Source: Octopus vulgaris
Lineage: Eukaryota
Direction: 5' to 3'
Length of the DNA stretch: 64,000 nucleotides
Assembly (NCBI GenBank): GCA_951406725.2
Contig: OX597819.1
Location: 83,824,001-83,888,000 of the forward strand
The notes under the pieces are model-generated. The model was not told the DNA's origin, ran no database searches, and saw only the letters and a program-made list of their open reading frames with translations. Of the stretch, positions 1-13,209 are shown piece by piece. The translations under genes and the position numbers were made by a program. How positions within the stretch are numbered: position 1 is the stretch's first letter; each line of letters starts with the position of its first letter.

Positions 1-13
1 AATATATATATAT

Positions 14-177
14 ACGACGGGCTTCTCTCTGTTTCCCTCTACCAAATCCACTCACAGGACTTTGTTTGGCCCGAGACTATAGTAGAAGACAATTGTCCAA
101 GGTGCCAAGCTGTGGGACTGAACCTGGAAGCATGTGGTTGGTAAGCAAGCTACTTACCACATACCCACTCCTGCGCC
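14..177 (-). mobile_element. tRNA-derived SINE family A, 5' half
   Basis: Reverse complement matches the 5' half of the full copies at 6990-7397 and 44804-45200 (ggcgcaggagtgg...tggtaagtagcttgcttaccaaccac...gtggatttggtaga). Confidence 0.8.
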
Positions 178-186
178 TATTATATA

Positions 187-228
<42 letters not shown>

Positions 229-1163
229 TGCGTGTGTGTGTGTGAGTGAGTGTGTGTGCGCGCACACACACACAAAAGACAAGATGGCCATGTCTTTGAC
301 CATAGTTTCTAATTGATCAAGGCGTACCTGGAACTAAGCAACAGCAGTGACCCAGTTTTCCAAGTCAGTGTTCATCTTACAAAAATGATAGCCAAAAGTA
401 TCCTCTGAAGAGTGAAACTGAAATGTTTTAAATTCTCTTGTAAGCATGTAAAAGTTATTATATTTTAAACATTTAGCTTTAATAGCAAATATTTTTTTAA
501 ACAATATTTAGCATCATTCTTATCCCGCAGCAAGTTGTTATAAAAGAGGTATTGACGGTTTTCCTCAAAGATTAGCAGCTTCTGTTTTGTAAAATGAAAT
601 CAGAGAAAATTTGTTAATTCTGCAAGACAGCCACATATGAGATTATGTATGTAGAGGGAAGAGTAAATACTGTGTCTTTTCACTTTCCACAAATCGTGAG
701 TGATATTAGTCACTTGAGGTTGGGGAAGACTACGTTGAAATGAAATCATTAAAAAAAGAAAAAAGAAGAATGCCAATAAAACATAAGGTTGGAAAGCGAA
801 ATATTGAATGGTTAGCCAAAATAGAGTAGTAACTCGATTACAGAGAGGAGAGAAGAGATCTACAAGTCAAAGTGGTAGGGGAAAGAATTGAATATAAACT
901 GAGCAAAGAAGTGACGCTCGTGTGTCAGTGTGGAAGAGGTGCATTTATTGATCTTTTTTTTTTCGGGAACAAAGCTACAAAATTTATAGGGAAGTAGAAT
1001 GTGACTCTGAGATGTTCATGCTTTCGTAAAAAAAGATGTGAACTAGCTTCAACTGACCCTCTCTTCTCTCCTCTTTTTTTTCTTTTCTTTTTTTTTCCTA
1101 ATTTATTCTTAATAACACTTTGATACTATTGGTTTAAGTAGGCAGGAGTATGCTACTGGTGAA

Positions 1164-1376
1164 GGTGGCTAGTAGGCAGAATCGTTAGCACGCCGTATTT
1201 CGTCTGCCGCTACGTTCTGAGTTCAAATTCCGCCGAGGTCGACTTTGCCTTTCATCCTTTCGGGGTCGATTAAATAAGTACCAGTTACGCACTGGGGTCG
1301 ATATAATCGACTTAATCCGTTTGCCTATCCTTGTTTGTCCTCTCTGTGTTTAGCCCCTTGTGGGTAGTAAAGAAAT
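1164..1376 (+). mobile_element. SINE family B with 20-bp target-site duplication
   Basis: Matches 54014-54246. B-box-like gagttcaaattcc and central gcctttcatcctttcggggtcgat. Direct repeat aggagtatgctactggtgaa at 1144-1163 and 1377-1396. Confidence 0.85.
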
Positions 1377-2132
1377 AGGAGTATGCTACTGGTGAATTAA
1401 ATCTGCAACCCGGTTTCGATTATTAGCTGGACACATTTCGCTACATTTATATCTATAAATGTTCTTGAAAAAGCAAGAGCATTATCGACAGTCTGATTGC
1501 CTCTCAGTCAAATACTATAACTGAGGGACCACGAGATGGGAGGTAAACAATTGGTTACATCTATTTTCTTCAATGAATCTGCTTGTAGTGATAGCAGTAG
1601 TATTGATAGTAGGAGTAATAGCAGTAGCAACAGTAGTCGTAGCAGTAGTCTAAATAAGTAATCTGTATGCATTAAACCTGCTCTGTGCTACTGCTTTGAA
1701 TTCCGAAAGGAATTATATATGTGTATTTGTAGGCTAGCATATTGATTTTTTTTTTTTAAAAACATTGGCACAAGGCCACAAATTTGTCGTGGAGACGTAT
1801 AGCCCAATGAATCGATTGGTGCTTATTTTAACGAGTAGAGAGAGAATGAAGTAAACAAAAGGCCACGACTACTGTGGTTAGATTTGAACTCAAAGGAATA
1901 TAACCAAAAACTGAAAGGCATTTAATCTAGTACTTTACCGTTACTACTGCATCCCTGTAGCACGTGATTATCAACTTTATCAGGTGCGTTTGTACCTGTG
2001 CGTTTAAACGAAATCCTCGTATAATCTGCGAGAGAGAAGGTAACTTAGGTACAGCGATATGCATAATGCGAGTGGCAATCTGGGTGTTAAGCTTGTGTTG
2101 TTTGGTTGTTTTTTTCTTCTTTTTCTCAGTTA

Positions 2133-3161
2133 ATTACATCTAATGAAGCTAGTAACAATGTTGGGTTGTTTCTTGCTATGCATGTGAGAAACCCAGTCTT
2201 CACGTAATGATTCCTAGGTGTAGCTTTTCTACTGCTTTCAAATGAACCACAGGAAGATACGAATCAAACGTTGATAGTAAACGAAATTCCCGTCAATTAC
2301 AATGCTGTCGCTGTTTACAGTGGTGAACCCATATCCCGCTACGGCGCCTGCTTAGAGCTAGTTCAACCCAGCCGTTAAATACGAACTGCTTTAACCAGGA
2401 ATACAATGCAGGATACGAACCACTGATTATTCAACTGGTTGTCCATTATTCTACCGATTCCTTTTAAAAAGGGTATAAATTAATTTTCAACTTCACCATC
2501 GGGTCATCAATTTGTAAAGATTAATTGTGGTCAATTTTCAGAATATTACTGGCTCTTGTTTTGTCGTCAGACTCATATAAAATTGTATAACTTCAGAAAG
2601 ATCCATCTGCTACTCTATACAGAGGCGAGCGGCTGGACCTAGCTAAGAGACATCAGTTGTAAGTCTTCGATAATGTTGGCAATCAATCAATATTTGGAGA
2701 CTGTTATAAGAGAAGCGGGCTTCTATTTTGTTTTCAGAAGTAGGATGACTTCAACCAGCACTGAACTCTGTTCAAGTAAATTGCTATCTCTCAGCATCTT
2801 GCGCTCAAATAGATATGTATGCTCTCCTTGTCAGCTCTGTGCGTTTTAGCCTTCACCCTATGGAGCATGCTTACCTCAGACATGAACGTAGTGTATGTAC
2901 ATGCGGACATCACCATCATTGTAACGCCATCTCAGGAATCGGAGTGACCCGCTCCAAACTTTGAAAATAAGATACTATATATTACATCTAATGAAGCTAG
3001 TAACAATGTTGGGTGGTTTCTTGCGATGCATGTGAGAAACCCAGTCTTCATGTAATGATTCCTAGGTGTAGCTTTTCTATTGCTTTCAAACGAACCACAG
3101 GAAGATACGAATCAAACGTTGATAGTTAACGAAATTCCCGTCAATTACAATGCTGTCGCTG
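2133..3161. repeat. 181-bp direct repeat pair (2133-2313 and 2981-3161) flanking ~670 bp
   Basis: Both copies run attacatctaatgaagctag...caatgctgtcgctg with only a few substitutions. Confidence 0.85.
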
Positions 3162-3799
3162 CCTACATGAGCTCGAAATACATCAGTGGGTTGAGCTGAA
3201 AACACCCACTTCATAGGGTATCAACATGCCATAACTGATGATATATGGAGGCTGCGATGTTCACTAGATTTGTACATGATGAATACTGTAGTCGTTTTTA
3301 GTCGACCATGATTCTACAGCTCGTCTCTGGCCGAGCTTCTTTTCTGAATCAAGTGTAAACCGAGAATGGGCAATTGGTATTTACAGTGTTGTCACGTGCT
3401 CACAGACCGTTACTATATAAGGAGTGCAGTCGGTAGTGTCTAACATTGTCTTATATGGATGTTAGTCGGTGAGGATCAAGAGTGAGGACACCCTAGTTTG
3501 ATGCGCTGAACAACTTATTTCAGAAGAGCTTTGAAATATGAGATTACGGATAGTTTCTCAAAGTCCCTGAACTGCAGTCATCCTGAGGTTTAGCATTTTT
3601 TTGATACGATATTCTGATATGGTGATACAGTCAGATGAGCATCTGCAAGATCTGGAGAAACAGACAAATCCGTCCATCAGCCGGATTTGTTCAGTTTCTG
3701 TGGAACTTTTCTTTACGGATGTAGAACGGATCCTTGTATTAGATGTGTCCAGTGTCAAGATCACTTCATTCGATTTCCTTTGAAAATAATGTCAGACAT

Positions 3800-3802
3800 T
3801 TA

Positions 3803-3838
<36 letters not shown>

Positions 3839-4406
3839 TGTATGTATGTATGTATGTATGTATGTATGTATGATGTATGTATGTGTGTATGTATGTATAT
3901 GTATGTATGTATATATATGCATATATATAAACTTACTTAGAAATGGATACGTGGCGTTCAATTAAATAATAAATAATAAATAATATATATATATATATAT
4001 ATATAGACATATACATATATACATACATATATATATATACATACATACATACATACATATACATATATACATACATACATACATATACATACATATACAT
4101 ACATACATACATACATGCATACATACATACATATATATACATACATACGTACATACATACATACATACATACATACATACATACATACATACATACATAC
4201 ATACATACATACGGCACTAGTCGCCATGATAGATCGTTAGCCACTACACACATTTTTTTCTCTCCTTGTTTTTTCTGTGTCCCTTTCTGTAGAAGAGCGT
4301 AGGCTCGAAACGTAAAAGATTTTTTTCAATTCCTGAGCGTTATACTAATACATCTGTTTGTTTTGTACACCACCTGTCTTCGTCTTTTGTTTTTTTCGTA
4401 AACTCT

Positions 4407-4467
<61 letters not shown>
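3800..4467. repeat. Compound microsatellites (TATG)n/(TACA)n/(TA)n enclosing a ~195-bp insert at ~4215-4410
   Basis: Directly visible. Explains the MYVC/YI ORFs in the track. Confidence 0.95.
4283..4318 (+). ncRNA. Degenerate minimal (Penelope-type) hammerhead motif
   Basis: cttt-CTGTAGA-a-GAGC(gtag)GCTC-GAAA-cg-TA-aaag: stems I and II intact, A6 replaced by U. Second copy at 14861-14896. Confidence 0.5.
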
Positions 4468-4468
<1 letters not shown>

Positions 4469-5200
4469 TAGCTGGTGTACCCGGTATTTCCCGGGGCTAA
4501 AGATGTTCTATTGAAGCACCTTATTACTCTTATATAAGAAAGTAATTTCGTTATAATTGCCACAAAGGATGTATTTTCCATTACGAAAAAGCACAAAAAA
4601 CTGTCAGCTGGAGGAGGGAGAGATTGTTGGAGGTTGGCGAGAAAGGTTTTCGGAGTTTGGCAAGAAAGAGTGTCGGAGATTGGTGAGAGAAGTTGTATAA
4701 ATATATGAATGAAGTGTTTGAAGAAAGTACAATAATAACGTTCACACACACACACTGGTGGTCACTCTCGGTAACTGCCTTTAGCTTACGGAGTTATTGT
4801 TTTTATAACTATCGAAAAACAGCCAGAAAGATAGACATATTGTTGAGAACACATGATTTTGTTGAAGGTCTGTTGTCTCCATTCCAGCCGGTGGTGACCT
4901 AGAAGAGGTTAGAAGGGTGAAGCGGCAAAGACATTATTCTGCTTAGTGAAGGCATCTGGGAAATGTATAACTGCTATCATTTACAGAAAAACTATTGTTT
5001 TACCGTGAGAAAAGTGCTGTTGAAGTGTTAAGTGAAATTTGGCAATCGAGGATCGAATGCACGTTATGCCTGCATGAAGCCATTAAAAATATACGTTGTG
5101 GAATTAAAAAAAAATTATCTACTGTCATGGAAAAAGTGTAACTGTAAAAATTCAGAATTATCGGAGTAATGGGCATTCAAAAAAGTATGTATATATAGAA
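4467..5200 (+). mobile_element. Non-autonomous Helitron/Helentron-like element
   Basis: Begins actagctggtgtacccggtatttccccggg beside (TA)n and ends tatatatag. Internal 4760-5090 recurs inverted at ~47040-47340. Confidence 0.5.
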
Positions 5201-6989
5201 ATGATTAACAGTCTATCAACTTCATCGTCTTTGAATGTTTGCTTTTACTAAATACAACGGAGAATCCGCCTGCACCCAATTATCACTGGCATACATCTGC
5301 TTGCGAAGGCATGCATTCAAATGCGACCAACTGAATAATAGTCGGAGAATTCATTATTTTTGTTGTTGTTTTATGGGTATGTTAACCATCTGAAAACGTT
5401 ACTGTCTTAAGAGGCTCTATTGTTAACAAAAATTGCTTTAAATTACCTTTCAATTTAACTATTTACATACGCTCACTAATGCAACAGAGCTAATAGCTTG
5501 ATCTTCCGTGATTTGAGGTATTTTACATTAGATGAGCAGATCTGTCCCATCTCTCTCTTAGCGGGACATAAATGGTGCACGGGAAATGGCTTTGGATTAG
5601 TAGAAACGCAAGTGAATTTAAAATGATTCAAACTATGAATCGAAACAGGATTACGAGAGCAAATTAACGATAAAGTGAGTCAGTTAACTTATTTTCATTC
5701 TTAGCTAGAATCATTTTTTTTCTCGCCTTTGCAGCTAATGGCCTTCGGAAAGTCTACAATCTAAAGAATCTATGATCAACTATAATCTAAAGAAGCATAG
5801 TCATATTAAGGGCTTGAACAGTCTCTGAAAATCTATCTGGGATTGTGTTGGGGGCAGATGCTATCTAAATATCTAGGTTTTTACTCCTTGCCTATGCTAA
5901 ATAACATACACATACAACTCTTCAAAACATCTCGGGAAAATCTCATTTTTCTTCATATCAGTGAACACTTTTATGATCTCTAACCATATCTACTGTAATA
6001 TTGCTATCACAATCCTTCGTTACTCTTCTCTGCGCTAAGCAACGAGTGAGTTTCTAAGCGGTCCTTCGATCTACTAGAAATAGCAGCCAAGTCGACACAA
6101 TTACAACCTGCAGTTTTTAAAAAAATGACTTCTCGAATGATTTAGACTGGGATAGACAATACTTGAAAAAAAAAAAGATAGAGCTCTCATAGACAGCCCG
6201 AAAGCAACTGACTCAGAGCTAAACGATAATAATTCTTCAATGAGTTCAAAACTCAACATGATGAATGAGCGTTCGTTAGCCTATAATATTGGTTTCAAGT
6301 CCTCTCCTAGGCATAGAGATGGTAATTGGAACTCATGCCACGGTTCATTCTTTGGAACAATGCGAGACATACTTTCCTACAATTCGCCTCTTTCACAAAA
6401 CTGCAGTTTTGAACCTAACCCGATATTGATCCCATAATTGGAAATGGCATTCCTCTGCAAACTTAATTGATGAACAACTCAGTTCATCCGCTATGAACAA
6501 CGACCGACAACGCATTCTGCGGTAGATTTTCCCATAATCTAGTAAATTAAATTAATGGTGATGAGTCTCACAATTCATTGGCTTGTAGGAGCATTATTGA
6601 AGAAGAGTCAGCTTGCCAAGTTATATCTATTAAGGTGAATTGGGGTTGAATTCTGCACTGTAACTCAACGAAAATGTTAATTATAATGTTTGCTGCTGCT
6701 TACATATGTTCAAAATGCTTGAGTGTCTTTCTCACGAACACAAAGCAGCACCGATGACTTGCTACGAACTGTTGATCTCTCGGCGAGTTCGCTTTGCAAT
6801 CTGTCTGTTTATATTCTCCCATACGGAAACACAAATATCGTTCGACTCTGATTTTGCTTAACACTGTTTTGTTTCTACTCTTTAACAGTTTACAAACTAA
6901 GACATCACAATGGCTACACGTTACTTCTACTCATTTTTATAGTATTCATTCCTAGAAGTCATATTCTAAATAAAGCTACAGTAACAATA

Positions 6990-7397
6990 GGCGCAGGCGT
7001 AGCTGTGTGGTAAGTAGCTTGTTTACCAACCACATAGTTCTGGGTTCAGTCCCACTGCGTGGCACCTTGGGCAAGTGTCTTCTACTATAGCTTCGGGCCG
7101 ACCAAAGCCTTGTGAGTGGATTTGGCAGACGGAAACTGAAAGAAGCCTGTCGTATATATGTATATATACATATATGCGTGTGTGTGTTTGTGTGTCTGTG
7201 TTTGTCCCCCTAGCATTGCTTGACAACCGATGCTGGTGTGTTTACGTCCCCGTCACTTAGCGGTTCGGCAAAAGAGACTGATAGAATAAGTACTGGGCTT
7301 ACAATAGAATAAGTCCTGGGGTCGATTTGCTCGACTAAAGGCGGTGCTCCAGCATGGCCGCAGTCAAATGACTGAAACGAGTAAAGAGTAAAGAGTA
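6990..7397 (+). mobile_element. Full-length tRNA-derived SINE family A
   Basis: A-box-like tagctgtgtgg, B-box-like ggttcagtcc, internal (TA)/(TG) microsatellite, 3' ggcggtgctccagcatggccgcagtcaaatgactgaaac, then a short (gagtaaa)n tail. Confidence 0.9.
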
Positions 7398-7549
7398 ACT
7401 TTTTTGTGAGGTGAAGTCCTTTATCGAGTGAAATCAAAGCAAAATAATATGGAATATGGCCCGTATATTCACTGTTTAGAAAAGCACCTCTCACATATCT
7501 GCGTTGCAGTTTCTGTCGAAAAATAATTATTATTTGACGTAATTTTAGA

Positions 7550-8320
7550 TCCATAAGTGTAACTTATTCCCATATTAATACTTAAAAAGAATTAAAATTA
7601 AAAAATAATAAATATTTGGATTTGATAGCTTAGATATGTCAAGTTATGTTAATACCGAGATGAGTTGTCAAACCGATGAGAATTATAAAAATTATAACAG
7701 AATTATTAAGAATTGAAATCCACAAAGATTTTCCACATTGAAGAAAATACTTGATCATATAAAAATTATAAAGACTGTTTGCTAAAATAAAACACATTCC
7801 GAATGGATGTTACCTCATGGCTATTTATGTATACTTTAGATAGAAATCTGTAAATTCAAAACTGAATTTCCATCAAAAATATTCTCTACTTGTTTTCATT
7901 GTATGTATACTTATTTGCTAGCAAATCCGTTGAGTATGAAACTATCTAGATATAAAATTATAAAATGTCTATAAACTCAGAGATCAGGAGACGTGCTGTA
8001 TCAAAATTCCCACAACTATAGGAACGTTGATATTTCTTATTGGTGCCACAGGATATAATTTTCTCACAATATGTAATTGTGTCGATCCCTTGTGGTTAGA
8101 CTGTAATATATCATTTTCATGTACCTTTGCTAAATTCCTTTTCTTCGTATGCTTTGTACGTTTTTCTCATAGAAACACAACAGTTAATTTATCTTTTCTT
8201 GATACAAGAACCACCAATAAAACTGTACTACAACACTTCGATCTGAGGTTATTGATTTGGATTCCGATACAATGCAGGAAATTATCGATACATTACAAAA
8301 GTTGATTAATTAATAAAAAA
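7550..8320 (-). pseudogene. Possible highly decayed hAT transposase remnant
   Basis: Minus-strand fragment LHCIGIQINNL (~8235-8278) resembles the hAT HCxxH motif. No open frame. Confidence 0.3.
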
Positions 8321-11300
8321 AAAAGTCATCCCTACTTTACAATAAGTCTTAGGATCAAACAAATACCCAAGGAACTGGAACATTCTAGAATGCTGTTGAA
8401 ATTGCACTGCTTGACTTGGGGATATAATCAAATATTATTCTTGATCTACTCTTCTCATCAGCTATCGATATATTTTCAATACAGTAAAGCCTCAAAAAGT
8501 CCTGTTTCAGAGCTTTGTTTTTGGTTTGTTCTTTTTTTCTTTAGCCTTCAACTTTGAATAGCCTCTGTAATAGACAGAATAGCTGGGATCAAACAAACTG
8601 TTGTTTCACTAATCTACTCCAACAGTCAATTCCTAGCAAGTCTAGCAATCTATTCACAACTATAAATGCTTTTATTGTCAACAATAAGATGTCATTAACT
8701 GACTGCATCTGATTAAACTGCGAAAATGCGATTTATAACGAAGATGGAAGAAGTATGTTAAATTTATTCCTTACGTTAGCACAAGGACGGCAGTTTTTGA
8801 GGAGAGGTGGAAGTCCATTACATCGTTCTCAACACTTGATTGCTACTTCGCAACTCCGAAAGGATGAAAAAGCGACATTTAAACTGAGAACATAAAGAAC
8901 CAAAACAAATGCCGCTAAGCATTTTGTCCGGTGCGATAACGAATTTGCCAGCTTGCCGCCTTCAAGAAGTATATAATGTAAAGTAGAGGAGAATGAAAAT
9001 GAACCAGTGTTAGGGCGACATAATTTCAAGAGTCAAAGTTTTCAACCAAAACCCTGACAAATTTATTTCAGGTGTTTGGTGTTTTTTTTTTTTTTTTTAT
9101 TTTTCAATTCCTTGAAAATGGTTTATTAATTGTAATCATTAAAATCAACAAATCATTTTTCATCAGGACTGATTGGCTTCTAAAATGCTACACCATTTAT
9201 TGGGACTATTTTGTAAAAACAAGTACATTTTACTATAGGTCTGGGCAGACCAATACTTAGTGAATGAATTTGGTAGATGAAAACATTGTGGAAACCCCGT
9301 CGTGGGTGTTTGTTCTTACCGCCACCGCTTGACAACTAGTGTGGGTTTGTTTACACATCGTAACTTAGCAGCTGGGCAAAATAGATTGATAGAATAAATA
9401 CCAGATGTAAAACAGACTAGAACTGATTGTTAGCCTAAACCTTTCGAGGCGATGGCCCAGCATGGCCACAGTCAACTGACTGAGACAGTAAAAGATAAAA
9501 GACACACACTTAAGAGTTCAGTACATTTTCATTTGATCTAAGGAGTGAATTTGTTTCACAATGAAGGGCTGTTACATAACAAAAACAATATATTTTCTCC
9601 CCAACATGGTAATGAGTTCTAGTAAAAAAACAAACGAGTCTTAAATAAGAAAATATTTAAAATATAGAAATGAAATCAAAATAGTTTAGACCCATTAAAT
9701 GAAATGTATAACCTCAGTTGTTTTCTCGAAACAATGAAAATCTGCATTTGCTTTAAAGGATTAGTTAATTATTTAAACCTATTCTAACAGAAAATATTCA
9801 ATTAGTTAAAATATATTGTTCACTGAGTTCAAGGGATCATGATTTCTCATTATTCACAGAAAAAAAAAACGTTTTAAATTAGTGCAATATAATAATTAAC
9901 TTCACGAAAATGCTTCCAAATGAAGAAACTGTATATTATTTTTACTGTGTACCAAGTAGAGAGATCACGATCCTTTTATACCCTGCAGAAAAGCAACTGC
10001 AATTTATGAATAATAAATAACTTTAGCGTCCACTTTGGTAGGGGTAATAAATCTACAATGTTCCATACATATAAAAAAAATTAGTCTAACTAGCCGGACA
10101 TGAATGTAAAAGTTAGCAGGAGAAAATAGATATAAAATTTTGTCTTTTTGAGCATGTATGTGAGTGTGTGCGTTTGAAGCGAGAGTTATGTATAATCTGT
10201 TAATGGAACAAACTGATTATGGGAGTAATGATTATAATAGCGTGTGGCAAGGAAAACGGAGAGATAGAAGAAAGAAGAGAGGAAAAACGAAAAGGTAAAA
10301 AAAAAGTCAGTGAATGATAGAGCGAAGGGAGAAGTTGATAGGAGAAAATAAAATTTAAAAAAAAGTTAAGTAAAGGAAAAAGAAGAGTAGAATGTTAAAG
10401 CGAGAGTGAAGCAAACTACGGCGAATGTGAGGCTTGGAAGGTGGAGAAAGCAAGGCCGTAAGAACCTAAAGAGTGAAGGTGGAGCTACTAGCTAAATGAC
10501 AATAATGGTAAAGTAGGAGGAGACAAAATGGTGAAGTAAAGAGTGGGATATATCAGTATAAAATATCAATAACAAAGGAGGGAAGAAAGTAAGAGTCACA
10601 CTATGGAGTCTTTGAAAAGTGAGCTGGCAACGTCAATCAAAGCGAGTTAGCAAGAGGAAAAGGGAGGGACCAAGAGGGAAAGTAGCGGCAAATCAGTAAG
10701 ACAGAGGGTGAGATAGTAGTTAGTAGTAGTAGTAGTAGTAGTAGTAATAATAGTAGTAGTAGTAGTAGTGATGGTGGAGGTAGTGGTGGTGGAGGTGGTG
10801 GGGAAAGACATTCGGTGAAGCGACAGTGAGAAGTGACAGGGTAGTATTTTAGAGCAGTAAAAGAGAAAATGAATTTATAGCAAGAGATATAGGGTTTGGC
10901 GTGAAACTGATAGATATTACACACTGAAAAAGAGAGAGAGAGTAATAACAAATTAGAAAGACAGAAAGAAACACAGGGAGAAAGAGAGGGAAGTTGGGAA
11001 GAAATAGAGAGAGCGCGGTGGCGGATTGAAATGCACAACTACGTAGAAAGTCTAGTCGGTGAGATGTAGTGAGAGGTTGCTGACTGTGGAAGTAGCTATG
11101 GTGTCATTCACTGTAAGTAATGTGTGTGTATATAGAGAGGAAGAGGAAAACCTTTACTGCTATATACATACATTGCAATGCTGTCTATATATTTCGGATA
11201 TATACATGTATACAGTGTGTTTACCGTTCATTATACATACATGACTGTATACTTCTGTACGCGTTAGATAATCAATATACTCAAATCAAATTACTGTTCA

Positions 11301-12342
11301 GTAGTGCTTTTGTTGCTATGTGTATATAATATATAGGTGTATCTGAATGTGTGTTTAGTGTATATATACAATATACATCCATGTAATTAAATATTATTAA
11401 TCCTTTTATAATGCGAATATACGAGTGGAAAACTGGCAATGAATGAATATTATTTTGTACATCCTATCGGACAATGCGCATAATCTACGTGATTAATGTC
11501 TAAAAAAGTCCTTTTTAAAAAAAAATATTATTCAGTAATATAGAAGATAGCTTAGATTCTTTATCAATTCGGTTGAGTATACCCTTGTAGCGTAAATACA
11601 AATATACCCTAATCATCTATAAATAACTACACACAAGGAAACTGCCTTCGCATATGAAAGTATATGTAACTTATTCAGCTAAGATTTACTTAGGAAATAT
11701 CTCACTCGTAGTAGTGGATCTATGTAGAATATACATATTTAATGCCTAAATATTTAAAGTAGCAAACAATATACTATAGGTTCGTATCTCTAGTGCCTCA
11801 ATTTCATAAACCTAGTCAGATGATGAGCAACTCTAGATGGGTAATCGTCATATTCAGTAGTGAATCTTAGCTGGGACTGCAGAAATCTAGGTTTTATTTT
11901 AGTTTGATGGGTTAAATATTTAAGAAGCTAACACAAACATAACCATCACCTTCAACAAAATTTTAATAAATATTCATTTTTTTTATATATATATTAGGGT
12001 AGTGAATGGCAGAACTGTTGGGAGAGCAGGATAAAATGCCTTGTATTTAATTATGTCTCTTTGGAGCCAAATTCAACTGAGGTCGACTTTTACTTTTCGT
12101 CCTCCCGGGGGCAATGAAAGCCGTAACAAAGTATTGAGTTAGATTTGAACGGCTGTATGCCTACCCCCAAAATTTGTGACGTGCCTTATCTTAGAAATCC
12201 ATGTTAACGATTAGTGATAAGAATAAAGAGAGGCTTTCATCACATGGGCTTGGTGGTCAGTTAAGCTCCCGGATGTATGACGCAAATAAGGCATCAGTTT
12301 GTTCCGTATTTTCTCACGTTTTCCCTCATCCAAGTGGCATCA

Positions 12343-12408
<66 letters not shown>

Positions 12409-13091
12409 GCCTGCAGTTATTTTGAACTACTAAAGTACAATGAATTGAGCCTGTTTGGCTATATTTTTTTCTCTGCTACTCATCGTTGACATTAAGGGTA
12501 TATAAGGCGAGTGACAAAGAGCAAGTCGGTAGCTTCCATCAAGTGAGAGACTGCGTGCAGTTTTCATCCTTGGCTGAAGACATTTCCTTCGTTTACATTG
12601 TTAATAGTCTTCCCTGTGATATATGATACTGTACCTTCTTAGACATTAATATGAAGAATATACAAGTTTCTGATTTTTTTTTTTACTAGATTAACACGCT
12701 GAACAGTTAAACCAAATACTTAGTTTAAGCAAAGTCGTCTGAGAGTTGTAAACAAGAGTATTGTTATTGTTCAGCCTTTAGGTCAGCTCTGATTGAGTAG
12801 GTTTCATAGCCGAACACGTTCCAGCTACAACCTTCTCATCTTTTCCTAATGCATCGCACCTGCGACCCACAATTATCCAAACATTTTTTTTTTTTTGCTC
12901 GTGGCACACTTTAGAGCATATCAATATTTGGTGCACTTTGTAACTAAAGTCAAAAAAATCTTCAAACGGTATTTATCTAGAAAAATCCCTATTATAAATT
13001 ATATCTGCATATGTAACGGAAACACTGCCTCTCTACTCACCATCTATCGTACCTTCTGAAAGTAACTCGTACCTCACGTCGCCTTTTACAG

Positions 13092-13209
13092 GAACCTTCT
13101 CCCTGGAGGAATGAAACAGAAAACGTTGTGAGACAGGGGAAAAGAGGGGTTTTCAAGAGTATTGCTTGGTCTGCCTACTGTACTGCTGCCTACGAATATT
13201 TTACTCCAG
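13092..13209 (+). other. Candidate isolated exon (118 bp)
   Basis: Pyrimidine-rich acceptor gccttttacag and donor ccag|gtaaga. One open frame (EPSPWRNETENVVRQGKRGVFKSIAWSAYCTAAYEYFTP), no recognised homology. Confidence 0.3.

Noticed and set aside
3195-3245. GAAA...gggtatc...CTGATGA as a type II hammerhead
   Set aside because: Stems I and II cannot be formed convincingly. It looks more like a retrotransposon 3' end.
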